Assembly: GCA_020849475.1 (NCBI GenBank)
Contig: JADLGE010000001.1
Span: 25,001 to 89,000 of the forward strand
Length of the DNA: 64,000 nt
Origin: Gammaproteobacteria bacterium
Lineage (GTDB): Bacteria; Pseudomonadota; Gammaproteobacteria; Ga0077536
Reading direction: 5' to 3'
Under the pieces are notes generated by a model, which worked only from the letters and a program-made list of their open reading frames with translations, did not search any database and was not told the origin of the DNA. Of this stretch, positions 10,001-24,449 are shown in pieces. Positions within the stretch are counted from its first letter, which is position 1. Each line of letters starts with the position of its first letter. A program made the position numbers and the translations under genes.

Positions 10001-10531
10001 AGCGAGGCGCTGGCGACGCTCGAAGAGGCCATCCGCAAGATTGATCGCGAGACCCGCTCACGCTTCCGTGAGACCTTCGACAAGGTCAACAACGGCATGC
10101 AGGCGCTGTTCCCGGTGTTGTTCGGCGGCGGTCATGCCTATCTCGAACTGACCGGCGAGGATCTGCTCGAAACCGGCGTGACCGTGATGGCGCGCCCGCC
10201 GGGCAAGCGCAACAGCACCATCCACCTGCTGTCGGGTGGTGAGAAGGCGCTGACTGCGGTGTCGTTCATTTTCTCTATCTTCGAATTGAACCCGGCGCCG
10301 TTCTGCCTGCTTGACGAAGTGGACGCACCGCTCGACGACAACAACGTCATCCGGCTGACCGAGATGCTGCGTTCGATGTCGAAGTCGGTGCAGTTCCTGT
10401 TCATCACCCACAACAAGATCACCATGGAAATCGCCGAGCAGTTGATCGGCGTGACCATGCAGGAAGCCGGCGTGTCGCGCCTGGTGGCAGTCAACATGGA
10501 GGAAGCGGTACAGCTCGCGGCGACTGCCTGA
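7013..10531 (+). CDS. smc: Chromosome partition protein Smc
   Basis: MRITRIKVAGFKSF...GPNGCGKSN Walker A N-terminus, long coiled coils, C-terminal LSGGEKALTAVSFIFSIFELNPAPFCLLDEVDAPLD. Track ORF starts at a GTG 36 nt upstream. Confidence 0.9.
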   Translation: MRITRIKVAGFKSFVDPTTLTLPGNLTGIVGPNGCGKSNIIDALLWVLGESSAKHLRGDSMVDVIFNGSNTRKPVGQAMVEIVFDNSDGTIGGQYAGFGEISIKRTVSRDGVSAYHLNGARCRRKDVTNAFLGTGIGSRGYSVIEQGMISRVIEAKPEELRAFLEEAAGISKYKERRRETENRMGHTKENMARLTDIRDELEKQLNHLQRQARAAERYQELKAEERKATARGLAVRWRALNEEHGRCHDIAEQRTTELEAEIARLREIEARQVTSRDAQIVATDQFNTLQTDFYARSGEIARLEQAIKHAEEREQSLGQDLKDAEQTLAKLIETIAADSTQLEEVKTRLTEIEPRFESQRSAEQGAFEAVRTVEAELDQWQHTWDAFNRDHNALAQREHATQIRLEHLLTSISDADTRVAVLNGEASRNETAELVSQIDKFKADIEQGEAQRVAMTDARNALRAELGQSRQGVQTFGASLHEHQTQLQQLRGRLASLQALQEAAYGNDQRAVDAFCKARGIDNLARLAAFVDVEAGWERALEAALRIPLGALCGPQLTSRIRDSGGFDRGAAGLTVIDLATDDASAAPLQSELLLSKIKSKVDLSPLLAGVHVAADADTAMALRARLAPEQMIVLPDGTLFGANWVQVAGSKAESDSILTRERAIEELGTRITQHEADIATVRADSDALRARIRELEVEEQKHSQQLDQGAQALARHRSELGRLEAEFQRRQARATDVAAELERLAKLSSTHQDNLTQLKTERAEAQAALQGHAERRTAISDARGAIQARLDSSRQQWRDLRDAAHQLELTLGQLRSRRAALEEALARNGGAREGAERRRADIAAAIEAHQAPRTDMRSQLDIALRDRLDAENKLAEARRVLGELDADMQKASSERASVEQAITEQRRQLEQIRLDQRALEVRLQELVSRFEQTGENLDETLAELSEGISEESIQEELEKLSGRIARLGPINLAAIDEFTQLSERKTYLDSQHADLSEALATLEEAIRKIDRETRSRFRETFDKVNNGMQALFPVLFGGGHAYLELTGEDLLETGVTVMARPPGKRNSTIHLLSGGEKALTAVSFIFSIFELNPAPFCLLDEVDAPLDDNNVIRLTEMLRSMSKSVQFLFITHNKITMEIAEQLIGVTMQEAGVSRLVAVNMEEAVQLAATA

Positions 10532-10547
10532 AGCCCCACCCGCCGCC

Positions 10548-14539
<3,992 letters not shown>

Positions 14540-14626
14540 CGTTTTCGTTCCCAGCCACATCCTGAGTTAGGCGGGGTTGGCTCTGCGAGAATTGTGCCAA
14601 CTACGTAGGAAACGATGCGCGGACGT

Positions 14627-14654
14627 AAAAACCCTCGCGCTGCGCGGATTTTTG
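14627..14654 (-). terminator. Possible bidirectional terminator (A5, GC-rich palindrome, T5) downstream of the yciK-like gene
   Basis: AAAAACCCTCGCGCTGCGCGGATTTTTG. The stem is short (CGCGC-T-GCGCG). Confidence 0.3.
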
Positions 14655-14799
14655 CCGCTTGAACCACGGGGTGGCGTGGGCTGCACGGGCACGTAACGCC
14701 GCCGAAGGTCAAATTCCCGACGCCAATTTCAAGGCCTTGAGACGGATTGGTGACGGAGATCCGCAGCTTGGCGGCAATCTTTGCCGCTCGACAGGCGCC

Positions 14800-15534
14800 T
14801 CAGGCGGCAGGAATGGACACCAAGCGTCCGCGCGCCTCCGCGCTTCGCGGGCTCAGCAGTTCGATGAAGTAGGGCGCGATGCGGTCCGGGTCGGCGAGTG
14901 AGCCAGGATGCTCGGCGGGATAGGCGGCCTGGCGCAGACGCGTGCGTGTCGGCGGTGGCAGCAGCGCATTGATGCGCAGGTGGTGCGTATTGATGTGCTC
15001 GGCAGCCAGCATTTCGAACACCCCGCGCAGTGCAAACTTGGACGCACCGTAGGCGCCCCAGTGCGGCTTGCCGCCCATGCCCTCGGCGGCGAGCGTGAAC
15101 AGCACACTGGCCGACGGCGCCGCCACGGTCAGCGGCAACAGCACCTGCAGCATCAAAAACACGCTGTGCACGTTGACTTGAAACACTCGCGCCCAGGTGA
15201 CCGGGTCATAGGTGGCCAGCGGCGCGAGTTCGCCAAGGGCGGCGGCATTGAATACCAGCCCGTCCAGGCAGCCGCAGCGCGAGGCGATGAGCTCGGCCAG
15301 TTCGCCATAGTCGGCGAGGCTGGCGGCTTCGAGATTGACGGGCGCGAGTATCGGCGCCGGCGAGCCCGCAGCCTCGATGGTATCCGCGATACGCTCCAGC
15401 GCCGGCACGTCGCGGGCACACAGAATTGTGGTTGCGCCGGCCGCCGCCGCCGCCATCGCGACCGCCTGACCGATACCGCGGCTCGCGCCGGTGATGAGAA
15501 CGGTCTTGCCCGCCAACTCGCCCGTCGTGCTCAT
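14800..15534 (-). CDS. SDR-family oxidoreductase (YciK-like)
   Basis: GKTVLITGASRGIG Rossmann motif and YxxxK catalytic motif (YGASK). Confidence 0.7.
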   Translation of the reverse strand: MSTTGELAGKTVLITGASRGIGQAVAMAAAAAGATTILCARDVPALERIADTIEAAGSPAPILAPVNLEAASLADYGELAELIASRCGCLDGLVFNAAALGELAPLATYDPVTWARVFQVNVHSVFLMLQVLLPLTVAAPSASVLFTLAAEGMGGKPHWGAYGASKFALRGVFEMLAAEHINTHHLRINALLPPPTRTRLRQAAYPAEHPGSLADPDRIAPYFIELLSPRSAEARGRLVSIPAA

Positions 15535-15551
15535 GCCGTTCTCCGCCTCAA

Positions 15552-17165
15552 TCAACTGAAGTCGCCGGCGCGCAGCACCGTGTCGCGACGGTAGTTGGCG
15601 TCGTCGGTGGCGGGGTAATCCAGGGTGTAATGCAGACCGCGGCTTTCGCGGCGCTTGAGCGCGGCACGGATGATGAGTTCAGCCACCTGCACGAGGTTGC
15701 GCAACTCGATGAGATCGCCCGTCACGCGGAAATTCCCGTAAAACTCGCTGATTTCGGCATGCAGCAGCTCGACCCGCCGACGCGCACGCTGAAGGCGCTT
15801 GGTGGTGCGCACGATGCCGACGTAGTCCCACATGAGACGCCTGAGCTCGTCCCAGTTGTGGGACACCACCACCTCTTCATCGGCATCGGTCACCTGGCTC
15901 TCATCCCACGGCGGGATGTCGATGGCAGGCTCGTGGGTGTCCAGGGCCGTCAGGATCGAAGCCGCCGCCGCGTCGCCCATCACCAGGCATTCGAGCAGGG
16001 AGTTGCTGGCCATGCGGTTGGCGCCGTGCAGACCGGTGCAGGCCACTTCGCCGATGGCGTAGAGGCCGGGCAGGGAAGTGCGACCCTGGGTATCGGTGAC
16101 CACGCCGCCACATAAATAATGGGCGGCCGGCACTACCGGGATGGGGTCGACCGTCATATCAATGCCGTACTTGCGACATTCTTCATACACGGTCGGGAAG
16201 TGTTCGAGGATGAACTCGCGCGGCTTGTGGGTGACGTCGAGGTACACGCAATCGAGGCCCAGGCGTTTCATCTCGTGGTCGATGGCGCGCGCCACGATGT
16301 CGCGCGGCGCGAGCTCGGCGCGCGCGTCGAATTTGGGCATGAAGCGTTCGCCGTTCTCGAGCCGCAGCACGCCGCCCTCGCCACGCAGCGCCTCGGTCAG
16401 GAGGAAGGTCTTGGCCTGCGGGTGGTAGAGGCAGGTCGGATGGAATTGCACGAATTCCATGTTGGCGATGGCGCAGCCAGCGCGCCACGCCATGCCGATG
16501 CCGTCACCCGTCGCCACGTCCGGATTGCTGGTATAGAGGTAGACCTTGCCGGCGCCGCCGGTCGCCAGCACGCAGCAGCGCGCGGCGATGGTCTTGACCT
16601 GCTGGTGCTCGACGTCGAACACATAGGCGCCCACGCAGCGATCGGGCACCGTGCCGAGCTTGCCGGAGCTGACCAGGTCGATGGCCATGTGCCGTTCCAG
16701 CAGGGTGATGTTGGGGTTGCCGCGCACCCGTTCCAGCAGGGTCGTTTCGATGGCGCGGCCGGTGGCGTCGGCCGCGTGCACCACGCGTCGATGGCTGTGG
16801 CCGCCCTCGCGGGTCAGATGCACTTCCACGGCGCCCGACTTCGAGGTGCGGGTGGTGAAGGGCACGCCCTGGGCGATCAGCCATTCGATGCGCTCGCGGC
16901 CGTGGCGCACGATGAATTCGACGGCGTCGCGCCGGCACAGTCCGGCGCCTGCGATGAGGGTGTCTTCGATGTGCGATTCGATGGAATCGGCATGATCCAT
17001 CACCGCCGACACGCCGCCCTGGGCGTATAGCGTCGCGCTTTCACTGGCCTCGTTTTTGCTCAGCACCACCACGCGGTGGTTGCGCGCGGCGAGTGTCAGG
17101 GCCAGGGACAAACCGGCAGCGCCGCTGCCGATGACCATGACATCGCAGGATTCCGATCGGGTCAT
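15552..17165 (-). CDS. nadB: L-aspartate oxidase
   Basis: [20 protein letters not shown] motif, RGEGG, HYxxGG and full-length NadB similarity. Start at MTRSES; the track ORF carries a 93-aa spurious extension. Confidence 0.9.
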   Translation of the reverse strand: MTRSESCDVMVIGSGAAGLSLALTLAARNHRVVVLSKNEASESATLYAQGGVSAVMDHADSIESHIEDTLIAGAGLCRRDAVEFIVRHGRERIEWLIAQGVPFTTRTSKSGAVEVHLTREGGHSHRRVVHAADATGRAIETTLLERVRGNPNITLLERHMAIDLVSSGKLGTVPDRCVGAYVFDVEHQQVKTIAARCCVLATGGAGKVYLYTSNPDVATGDGIGMAWRAGCAIANMEFVQFHPTCLYHPQAKTFLLTEALRGEGGVLRLENGERFMPKFDARAELAPRDIVARAIDHEMKRLGLDCVYLDVTHKPREFILEHFPTVYEECRKYGIDMTVDPIPVVPAAHYLCGGVVTDTQGRTSLPGLYAIGEVACTGLHGANRMASNSLLECLVMGDAAAASILTALDTHEPAIDIPPWDESQVTDADEEVVVSHNWDELRRLMWDYVGIVRTTKRLQRARRRVELLHAEISEFYGNFRVTGDLIELRNLVQVAELIIRAALKRRESRGLHYTLDYPATDDANYRRDTVLRAGDFS

Positions 17166-17190
17166 TGGGTGTTTCCAAACGAGGCGCCAC

Positions 17191-17219
17191 GGAACTTGGG
17201 CGGGCGTCCTCAAGTCTTG
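17191..17219 (+). promoter_or_regulatory. Candidate sigma-E (RpoE/AlgU) autoregulated promoter upstream of rpoE
   Basis: GGAACTT, 17 nt spacer, TCTTG, resembling the sigma-E consensus GGAACTT-N16/17-TCTgA. Sits in the nadB/rpoE divergent region. Confidence 0.4.
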
Positions 17220-17380
17220 CCAACCACGAGACCGGGCCGATGACCCGGGTCTGCGTTTGCGCTTGCTAAAATTTGTGCCTGGACCGATCCTGTGCCACCA
17301 CGAACTTACCCAGCCCCTGATGGTCAACCGATTTGAGTTTGCGCCCGGCGCCAGCGCCATGATACAGGCATAGTGCGGCG

Positions 17381-17962
17381 ATGGGCGACAGCATGACCGA
17401 TACCGAATTGGTGGCGCGGGTACAGCACGGTGACAAGTCCGCATTCGATCTGTTGGTACTCAAGTATCAGCACCGCATCGTCAAACTCGTAGGCCGCTAT
17501 GTACGCGAGCCTGCCGATGCCCTTGACGTTGCCCAGGACGCGTTCATCAAGGCTTACCGGGCGCTGCCGAACTTCCGAGGCGAGAGTGCGTTTTATACGT
17601 GGCTGTATCGCATCGCGATCAACACCGCGAAAAACCACCTGGTGGCGGCGTCCCGGCGTCCCAGCGACGTCGATCTCGGCAGTAATGAGGATGGCGAGCA
17701 GTTCGAGATCGAGGACATGCAGTCCACGCTCGAGACGCCCGAACGTCTGCTGTTGACCGAAGAGATCCGTCTGACCGTGATTGATGCGATCAGCAAATTG
17801 CCCGACGATTTGCGCACCGCCATCATGCTGCGTGAAGTGGACGGCCTGAGTTACGAAGAAATAGCGACAGTCATGGATTGTCCGATAGGCACGGTACGCT
17901 CGCGCATATTCCGCGCGCGCGAGGCCGTGGACCTGCGATTGAAACCGCTGCTGGAAGATTGA
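17381..17962 (+). CDS. rpoE: RNA polymerase sigma-E factor (sigma-24 / AlgU)
   Basis: Near full-length match to RpoE: [24 protein letters not shown]...[17 protein letters not shown]...[35 protein letters not shown]. Confidence 0.9.
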   Translation: MGDSMTDTELVARVQHGDKSAFDLLVLKYQHRIVKLVGRYVREPADALDVAQDAFIKAYRALPNFRGESAFYTWLYRIAINTAKNHLVAASRRPSDVDLGSNEDGEQFEIEDMQSTLETPERLLLTEEIRLTVIDAISKLPDDLRTAIMLREVDGLSYEEIATVMDCPIGTVRSRIFRAREAVDLRLKPLLED

Positions 17963-17976
17963 CGAGGTGCGGGACC

Positions 17977-18582
17977 ATGAATGATGAACGACTCTCAGCC
18001 CTGATGGATGACGAACTGCCCGGTGACGAGACCCGGGAAGCGGTAGGCCAACTTCTGGCCGAACCCGAGGCGCGCGGCACTTGGGCACGCTACCACCTGC
18101 TGGGGGACGCCCTGCGCGCGAGCTCCGAACTGACCGCCGCCGCGACTGCCCGCCCGCAAGCCGACAACATCGTGCCTTTCCCGACCCGGATACAAACAAA
18201 ACCAGCGCCTGCGCGCAGCGTGCCACGCACCGGCCTCGGTCTGGCTGCCGCCGCCGCGCTGGCCGCGGTCGCACTGATCGTCGCCTCGCCCCGGCCAGGT
18301 GGCGAGGCGCAGCCGACAGCCGTCGCGCTCGGCACCGCCACCGCGCCGCCGGCAGGCGCGACCAGCGTCGCCCCCATCGCGCAGCCGGTCGGCGGCCTTG
18401 CACCGTCACCCAGCATCGAACCACTGCCAACCGCCAACATCAGCCAGACCGCCATGGTGCGAGACGATGAAGCGGAGCGGCGCATGAACGTCTACCTCTA
18501 CGACTTCAATGACAAGCGCGCGCAGCAGAGCGTCCCCGGCATGCACTCCTATGTCCACATCGTTGGTTTCGAACGGCCCTGA
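17977..18582 (+). CDS. rseA: Anti-sigma-E factor RseA/MucA
   Basis: MNDERLSALMDDEL N-terminus, central TM segment, periplasmic C-terminus. Lies immediately downstream of rpoE. Confidence 0.75.
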   Translation: MNDERLSALMDDELPGDETREAVGQLLAEPEARGTWARYHLLGDALRASSELTAAATARPQADNIVPFPTRIQTKPAPARSVPRTGLGLAAAAALAAVALIVASPRPGGEAQPTAVALGTATAPPAGATSVAPIAQPVGGLAPSPSIEPLPTANISQTAMVRDDEAERRMNVYLYDFNDKRAQQSVPGMHSYVHIVGFERP

Positions 18583-19564
18583 GGGCCGCCGAGGGAGCGC
18601 CGCGGCAGCCCTGCTCGCCGCGTTGTGGTGCTGTGGCGCAGGCGCGGCCGGGCCGACGGCGGAAGCCGCGCTTGCAACCATGCACGAGGCCACCCGCACG
18701 CTCAGCTACGATGGCGTATTCGTTTACCAGCGCGGCGACCAGCTGGAAAGCATGCGGCTCATTCACCGCTACGCCGACGACGTCGAAAGCGAGCGCCTGA
18801 TCTCGCTGTCCGGTCCGGCCCGCGAAGTGATACGCAACGGCACGACGGTGACCTGCCTGTCAGCGGACGACAGCGGCGCGGCGCCCGACAAGAACCCCCC
18901 GCGTGACATCATCGGCATCGGCTTTTCGGCGCCGGTGGAAAAGCTGCGCGGCAGCTACGTGTTCGCGGTCGAAGGGCAGGACCGCGTGGCCGGACGCAAC
19001 GCCATGGTGGTGACGGTCACGCCGCGCGCGCCGGACCGTTACGGTTACCGCCTGTGGTTGGACGACGAGACCAAGCTGTTGCTGAAGTCGGCCATCCTGA
19101 ACGGCGATGGCAAGTCGCTCGAACAAGTGCAGTTCACGCAGATTGAAGTGAACGGCGATATTGGCGCAGAACGGCTGTTGCCCGGTCTCAAGGGCGCATC
19201 GTTCAGTTGGCGAACCGACGATGATGGCGATATCGACGACCCGCGCGACGAAGCGCCGGCCGCACCGGAGTGGCAGGCAGCGTGGTTGCCGCCGGGCTTC
19301 GAGTTCAAGGAAAGCAGCCTGCAGCAGATGGAAGACAAGCGCGGCCCGGTCAATCACCTGGTCTATTCCGACGGACTGGCGATGGTGTCGGTGTTCGTCG
19401 AGGCGGTCGACGATGAAAAGCGCGCGCTGCGCGGCCAATCCTCGCGCGGCGCAGTGAACGCCTTCAGCCGCCTGGATGACATGCACCAGATCACCGTGGT
19501 GGGCGAAGTGCCGTTGCTGACGGTCAAACGCATCGCGACCTCGGTAGCCAAGACCAACGATTGA
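18551..19564 (+). CDS. rseB: Sigma-E regulatory protein RseB/MucB
   Basis: RseB family (LSYDGVFVYQRGDQLESMRLIH...). Start uncertain: the track ORF starts at 18509, and M at 18551 gives a plausible signal peptide and overlaps the rseA 3' end. Confidence 0.75.
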   Translation: MSTSLVSNGPEGRRGSAAAALLAALWCCGAGAAGPTAEAALATMHEATRTLSYDGVFVYQRGDQLESMRLIHRYADDVESERLISLSGPAREVIRNGTTVTCLSADDSGAAPDKNPPRDIIGIGFSAPVEKLRGSYVFAVEGQDRVAGRNAMVVTVTPRAPDRYGYRLWLDDETKLLLKSAILNGDGKSLEQVQFTQIEVNGDIGAERLLPGLKGASFSWRTDDDGDIDDPRDEAPAAPEWQAAWLPPGFEFKESSLQQMEDKRGPVNHLVYSDGLAMVSVFVEAVDDEKRALRGQSSRGAVNAFSRLDDMHQITVVGEVPLLTVKRIATSVAKTND

Positions 19565-19574
19565 TGGAGTGACG

Positions 19575-21035
19575 ATGAGAGCATTGATGCTGGCCGTGAT
19601 TGCGGCCGTGAGTCTGGTGGGCCAAGTCGCAGTGCAGGCCCAGGAAGTGCGCCTGCCGGATTTCACCGTGCTGGCCAAGAAGAACAGCCCGGCGGTGGTC
19701 AACATCAGCACCACCATGAAAGCCGCCAAGCTCAGCGAGCGCCTGCCGCCCGGGCTCAACATGCCCGACATCCCGCAGGATGGGCCGCTGGGTGATTTCT
19801 TCCGGCACTTTTTCGGCGATGAAGGGCCGGGCGGTCCGGACGGCGGTCCCGGGGGGCCCGGTGGTCAGGATCCGCGCTCGTCCCTGGGGTCGGGCTTCAT
19901 CCTGAGCAAGGACGGCTACATCATCACCAACTATCACGTGGTGCGCGAGGCGGACGAGATCATCGTGCGCATGTCCGATCGCAGCGAGCATGCGGCCAAG
20001 CTCATCGGCTCCGATCAGCGCAGCGACGTCGCGGTGCTGAAAATAGACACCGACAAAGATCTGCCGACCATCACCCCGGGCGATTCCGACAAGCTCGAAG
20101 TCGGCGAATGGGTGCTGGCCATCGGTTCGCCTTTCGGTTTCGATTATTCGGTGACGGCGGGCATCGTCAGTGCCAAGGGCCGCAGCCTGCCCAACGAAAA
20201 CTACGTACCCTTCATCCAGACCGACGTCGCCATCAATCCCGGCAATTCCGGCGGCCCCCTGTTCAATCTCAAGGGCGAGGTGGTCGGCGTCAATTCACAG
20301 ATCTACAGCCGCACCGGCGGCTTCATGGGCGTGTCGTTCGCGATCCCCATCCAGGTGGTGCTGAACGTCTACCAGCAATTGCGCGATCACGGCAGCGTCA
20401 CGCGTGGTTGGCTGGGCGTCCTGATCCAGGACGTGACCTCGGAGCTCGCTGAATCTTTCGGCATGCAGAAGCCGACCGGCGCCTTGGTCTCCAAGGTGCT
20501 GGACGGCAGCCCGGCGGAAAAGGCCGGCCTGCGCACCGGCGACATCATTCTCAGCTTCAGCGGCGCCAATATCGAACGCTCGTCCGATCTGCCACCGATG
20601 GTGGGCAACACCCATGTCGGCGACAAGATTGCGGTCGAACTCATTCGCGACGGCAAGCGCCAGAAGTCCACCATCGAGATAGGCGCGTTGCCGGAAGAGC
20701 AGCCGGAAGTCGCGGAGGGCGCCCAGAAGGAGAAATCCAAGCTCGATGCCAAGCTCAAAATCGCGGTGACCGAGCCCACCAAGCAGCAGCGCGAACAGGC
20801 GCAGGTCAACGACGGCGGCGTGCTCATCGAAGACATCGCCGATGGTCCGGCCTATAGCGCGGGCCTGCGCAGCGGCGACATCATCCTGCAGCTCAATAAT
20901 CGCAAGATTGCCGGCCTGAAGGATTTCCGCGAGCAGGTCGAGGCCCTGACACCGGGTAAGACCGTGCCCATTCTCATTCAGCGACAGGGCGGACCGCTGT
21001 TCCTGGCCATGAAGGTGCCGGGCAAGGATGGCTGA
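19575..21035 (+). CDS. degP: Periplasmic serine endoprotease DegP/MucD (HtrA family, two PDZ domains)
   Basis: Signal peptide, catalytic triad region (GNSGGPL), two PDZ domains. Track ORF starts at a GTG 6 nt upstream. Confidence 0.9.
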   Translation: MRALMLAVIAAVSLVGQVAVQAQEVRLPDFTVLAKKNSPAVVNISTTMKAAKLSERLPPGLNMPDIPQDGPLGDFFRHFFGDEGPGGPDGGPGGPGGQDPRSSLGSGFILSKDGYIITNYHVVREADEIIVRMSDRSEHAAKLIGSDQRSDVAVLKIDTDKDLPTITPGDSDKLEVGEWVLAIGSPFGFDYSVTAGIVSAKGRSLPNENYVPFIQTDVAINPGNSGGPLFNLKGEVVGVNSQIYSRTGGFMGVSFAIPIQVVLNVYQQLRDHGSVTRGWLGVLIQDVTSELAESFGMQKPTGALVSKVLDGSPAEKAGLRTGDIILSFSGANIERSSDLPPMVGNTHVGDKIAVELIRDGKRQKSTIEIGALPEEQPEVAEGAQKEKSKLDAKLKIAVTEPTKQQREQAQVNDGGVLIEDIADGPAYSAGLRSGDIILQLNNRKIAGLKDFREQVEALTPGKTVPILIQRQGGPLFLAMKVPGKDG

Positions 21036-21084
21036 TGCCTGCGGGCGTGATGCGGCCGCCGAGGCCGCGCCGCGCTGGACCTTG

Positions 21085-21327
21085 ATGACCCGGCTCGATT
21101 GCCCGCTGTGCGTAAGCTTCGAAACGGCGCTCATGGCCTGGGAGGCGGGTCGCGGCCACTTCAGGCTGGACGTGGTGAATGTCGATTCGTCGCCCGTGCT
21201 GGCCGCACGCTATGGCCTGCGCGTGCCCTTGCTGCTGGTGGGGGACGAGGAGATCTGCGCATTCCGCTTCCGCGCCGAGCGCGCGGCAGCGGCACTGGCC
21301 CGCGTCGAGCGGCCGCAAAGTCCGTAG
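21085..21327 (+). CDS. Glutaredoxin-like thioredoxin-fold protein (DUF836 family)
   Basis: MTRLDCPLC...[25 protein letters not shown] pattern typical of Grx-like DUF836. Start uncertain (track starts at 21028). Confidence 0.55.
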   Translation: MTRLDCPLCVSFETALMAWEAGRGHFRLDVVNVDSSPVLAARYGLRVPLLLVGDEEICAFRFRAERAAAALARVERPQSP

Positions 21328-21404
21328 CGGCATCGTGTCCAGCGACAGTCTGCGTTAGAATCGCGTGCTTCTCGGGCGAACCGCCCGCCGCCCACCGGAG
21401 CACC

Positions 21405-23213
21405 ATGCAGCCCCCGAATCGAAACGTCCGCAATTTTTCCATCATTGCCCACATCGACCACGGCAAATCGACCTTGGCCGACCGCTTCATTCAGATGTGC
21501 GGCGGCTTGGAAGAACGCGAGATGGAAGCCCAGGTGCTGGACTCCATGGACATCGAGCGTGAACGCGGCATCACCATCAAGGCCCAGAGCGTCAGCCTTG
21601 ATTTCAAATCGCGTGACGGCAAGACCTATCTGCTGAATTTCATCGACACCCCCGGCCACGTCGACTTCAGTTACGAAGTGTCGCGCTCCCTGGCCGCCTG
21701 CGAAGGCGCGCTCCTGGTGGTGGATGCGGCGCAGGGCGTGGAAGCGCAGTCGGTCGCCAACTGCCATACGGCAGTCGATCAGGGCCTGGAAGTAATCCCG
21801 GTTCTGAACAAGATAGACCTGCCGTCGGCGGAGCCCGACCGGGTCAGCGCCGAAATCGAAAACATCATCGGCATCGACGCCACGGATGCCATCCATGTCA
21901 GCGCCAAGACCGGGGTAGGCATCGCTGATCTGCTCGAACAACTGGTCGAACGCGTACCGGCGCCCACCGGCAGCGTCGATGCACCGCTCAAGGCCCTCAT
22001 CATCGATTCCTGGTTCGACAACTATCTCGGGGTGGTGTCGCTGGTGCGCGTGTTCGATGGCGAACTGCATCAGAAGAGCCGCATCCGCATGATGTCGACC
22101 GGCCGCGACCATGACGTCGACGAGGTCGGCATCTTCACGCCCAAGCGCGTCAAGAAGAGCGCATTGCTGACCGGTGAAGTCGGTTACCTGGTGGCCGGCA
22201 TCAAGGAAATCGATGGTGCTCCGGTCGGCGACACCATCACCGGCGCGGCGCGCCCGGCCAGCGAGCCGCTGCCCGGCTTCAAGCAATCGAAGCCCAACGT
22301 ATTTGCCGGTCTGTATCCCATCGACTCGGGCGACTATGAGGCGTTTCGCGAGGCGCTCGCCAAGCTGCGCTTGAACGATGCGGCCCTGCATTACGAGCCC
22401 GAAACTTCCGAGGCGCTCGGCTTCGGTTTCCGTTGCGGCTTCCTCGGCATGCTGCACATGGAGATCATCCAGGAGCGCATCGAACGCGAATACAACATCA
22501 ATCTCATCACCACCGCGCCAACCGTCGTGTATGAACTGGTGATGCGCAATGGTGAAACGCGCTACATCGACAATCCTGCGCACCTGCCGGAACCGAGCAT
22601 CATCGAAGAGATTCGCGAACCGCTGATCACGGTCGACATCCTGGTGCCGCAGGACTACCTCGGCAATATCATCAGCCTGTGCATCGAGAAGCGCGGCGCG
22701 CAGACCAAGCTCAATTTCGTCGGCGGACAGGTGTCGGTGAGTTATCTGTTGCCGATGGCCGAGATGGTCACGGATTTCTTCGACCGCCTGAAGTCCGTCA
22801 GTCGCGGTTACGCGTCCATGGACTACAACTTCTCGCGCTACCAGGCCGCCGACATGGTCAAGATTGACGTCCTGATCAACAGTGAGAAAGTCGACGCACT
22901 GTCGATCATCGTGCATCGCGACCTGGCCCAGCGCCGCGGCCGTGAACTGACCGCCAAGATGCGCGAGCTGATTCCGCGCCAGATGTTCGACATCGCCATC
23001 CAGGCGTCGGTCGGTTCCAAGATCATCGCGCGTGAGACGGTCAAGGCCCTGCGCAAGAACGTCACGGCCAAGTGCTACGGCGGTGACGCGACGCGTAAAC
23101 GCAAGCTGTTGGAGAAGCAGAAGGAAGGCAAGAAGCGCATGAAACAATTCGGCTCGGTCGAAATTCCGCAGGAAGCATTCATGGCGGTGCTGAAAGTAGG
23201 CAAGACACCATGA
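21405..23213 (+). CDS. lepA: Elongation factor 4 (LepA)
   Basis: [28 protein letters not shown]-domain, full-length LepA similarity including the C-terminal domain. The track ORF's roughly 100-aa N-terminal extension is spurious. Confidence 0.9.
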   Translation: MQPPNRNVRNFSIIAHIDHGKSTLADRFIQMCGGLEEREMEAQVLDSMDIERERGITIKAQSVSLDFKSRDGKTYLLNFIDTPGHVDFSYEVSRSLAACEGALLVVDAAQGVEAQSVANCHTAVDQGLEVIPVLNKIDLPSAEPDRVSAEIENIIGIDATDAIHVSAKTGVGIADLLEQLVERVPAPTGSVDAPLKALIIDSWFDNYLGVVSLVRVFDGELHQKSRIRMMSTGRDHDVDEVGIFTPKRVKKSALLTGEVGYLVAGIKEIDGAPVGDTITGAARPASEPLPGFKQSKPNVFAGLYPIDSGDYEAFREALAKLRLNDAALHYEPETSEALGFGFRCGFLGMLHMEIIQERIEREYNINLITTAPTVVYELVMRNGETRYIDNPAHLPEPSIIEEIREPLITVDILVPQDYLGNIISLCIEKRGAQTKLNFVGGQVSVSYLLPMAEMVTDFFDRLKSVSRGYASMDYNFSRYQAADMVKIDVLINSEKVDALSIIVHRDLAQRRGRELTAKMRELIPRQMFDIAIQASVGSKIIARETVKALRKNVTAKCYGGDATRKRKLLEKQKEGKKRMKQFGSVEIPQEAFMAVLKVGKTP

Positions 23214-24019
23214 TCTGGGAGTTCGCCGCGATTCTGACCTTGCTGGTGTTCGTCAGCGGCATCATCTGGGCGTGTGACAGTTTGATGTTCGCGCCGGCGC
23301 GGGCCCGCGCCGCACGTGCGCAGGCGCCCGCGGGCGAAGGCTCGACCGCGCTCGAGCCACCGGAATTGCCATGGCTGGTCGACTATGCACGATCTTTCTT
23401 TCCAATCTTTCTGGTGGTGCTGTTGCTGCGTTCATTTGTGGTCGAGCCGTTCCGTATCCCGTCCGGCTCGATGATTCCGACCCTGCTCATCGGTGACTTC
23501 ATCCTCGTCAACAAATTCGACTACGGCATCCGTCTGCCGGTGCTCAATCGCAAGGTCATCGAACTCGGCCAACCCAAGCGTGGTGACGTGGTGGTGTTTC
23601 GCTATCCGCTCGACCCCTCGACGCCTTTCATCAAACGCATCGTCGGCCTGCCGGGCGACACCGTGCGCTACGTAGACAAGGCCGTGTACATCAACGACCA
23701 ACTGGTGGAGTCGGTTTCGAAGGGCACCTACGTCGGTGTACGATCCGCAACGTCGAGCACCGGCGCCATGATGTTCCAAGAGCACCTCGGCGACGTTGAG
23801 CACGACATCCTGTTGACGCCCGGCGCGGGCTCTCCCAATGGCGAATTCAAGGTCCCTGCCGGCCATTACTTCGTGCTGGGTGACAATCGCGACAACAGCC
23901 GTGATTCGCGCTACTGGGGTTACGTGCCCGACCAGAACCTGGTCGGACGTGCGTTCTTCATCTGGATGAATTGGGACAGCGGGCCGGACGTGAAGCGCAT
24001 CGGCTCCATGATTCACTGA
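23210..24019 (+). CDS. lepB: Signal peptidase I
   Basis: [20 protein letters not shown] catalytic Ser box, KR and GDNRDNSxDSRYWG boxes. ATGA overlap with lepA. Confidence 0.9.
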   Translation: MIWEFAAILTLLVFVSGIIWACDSLMFAPARARAARAQAPAGEGSTALEPPELPWLVDYARSFFPIFLVVLLLRSFVVEPFRIPSGSMIPTLLIGDFILVNKFDYGIRLPVLNRKVIELGQPKRGDVVVFRYPLDPSTPFIKRIVGLPGDTVRYVDKAVYINDQLVESVSKGTYVGVRSATSSTGAMMFQEHLGDVEHDILLTPGAGSPNGEFKVPAGHYFVLGDNRDNSRDSRYWGYVPDQNLVGRAFFIWMNWDSGPDVKRIGSMIH

Positions 24020-24037
24020 GCAACGGGGGGATAGAAA

Positions 24038-24439
24038 ATGATTTCCAAGCGACGTCAACGTGGCATCACCTTGAGCGGTCTGATCACGGGCTGCATCGTG
24101 CTTGGCGCCGCCGCGCTGCTGGCCATGAAGCTGTGGCCGGTCTACAACGAAAAAATGAAGGTCGACCAGGCGATGGAGCACCTCGGCTCCAATCCTGATG
24201 CGGCCCGCATGAGCAAGGGCGAAGTGGTGCAGGCGCTGATGCGCCAGTTTGATGTCAGCGATGTGGATCGCTTCGATACGCCGGGCCTGTCCAAAGTGGT
24301 GACGGTCGGCAAGAAGAAAGGCACCAACGACAAGGTGGTGATGATCGAATACGAGATCCGCGCACCCTTGTTCGGCAATCTCGACGTCATCATGAATTAC
24401 CGCAACGTCAAGGAATTCGGTCCGGTCAAGACCGACTGA
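24038..24439 (+). CDS. DUF4845-family small membrane-anchored protein
   Basis: 133 aa with an N-terminal TM helix, conserved in the lepB-rnc interval of Pseudomonas-like genomes. Confidence 0.6.
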   Translation: MISKRRQRGITLSGLITGCIVLGAAALLAMKLWPVYNEKMKVDQAMEHLGSNPDAARMSKGEVVQALMRQFDVSDVDRFDTPGLSKVVTVGKKKGTNDKVVMIEYEIRAPLFGNLDVIMNYRNVKEFGPVKTD

Positions 24440-24449
24440 AAGCCAGGTT

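Noticed and set aside
16119-17030. 303-aa plus-strand ORF
   Set aside because: Antisense to nadB.
17166-17444. 93-aa N-terminal extension of nadB (track start 17444)
   Set aside because: No homology; the FAD-binding motif begins right after MTRSES at 17165.
21210-23147. 645-aa minus-strand ORF
   Set aside because: Antisense to lepA; the composition is artefactual.
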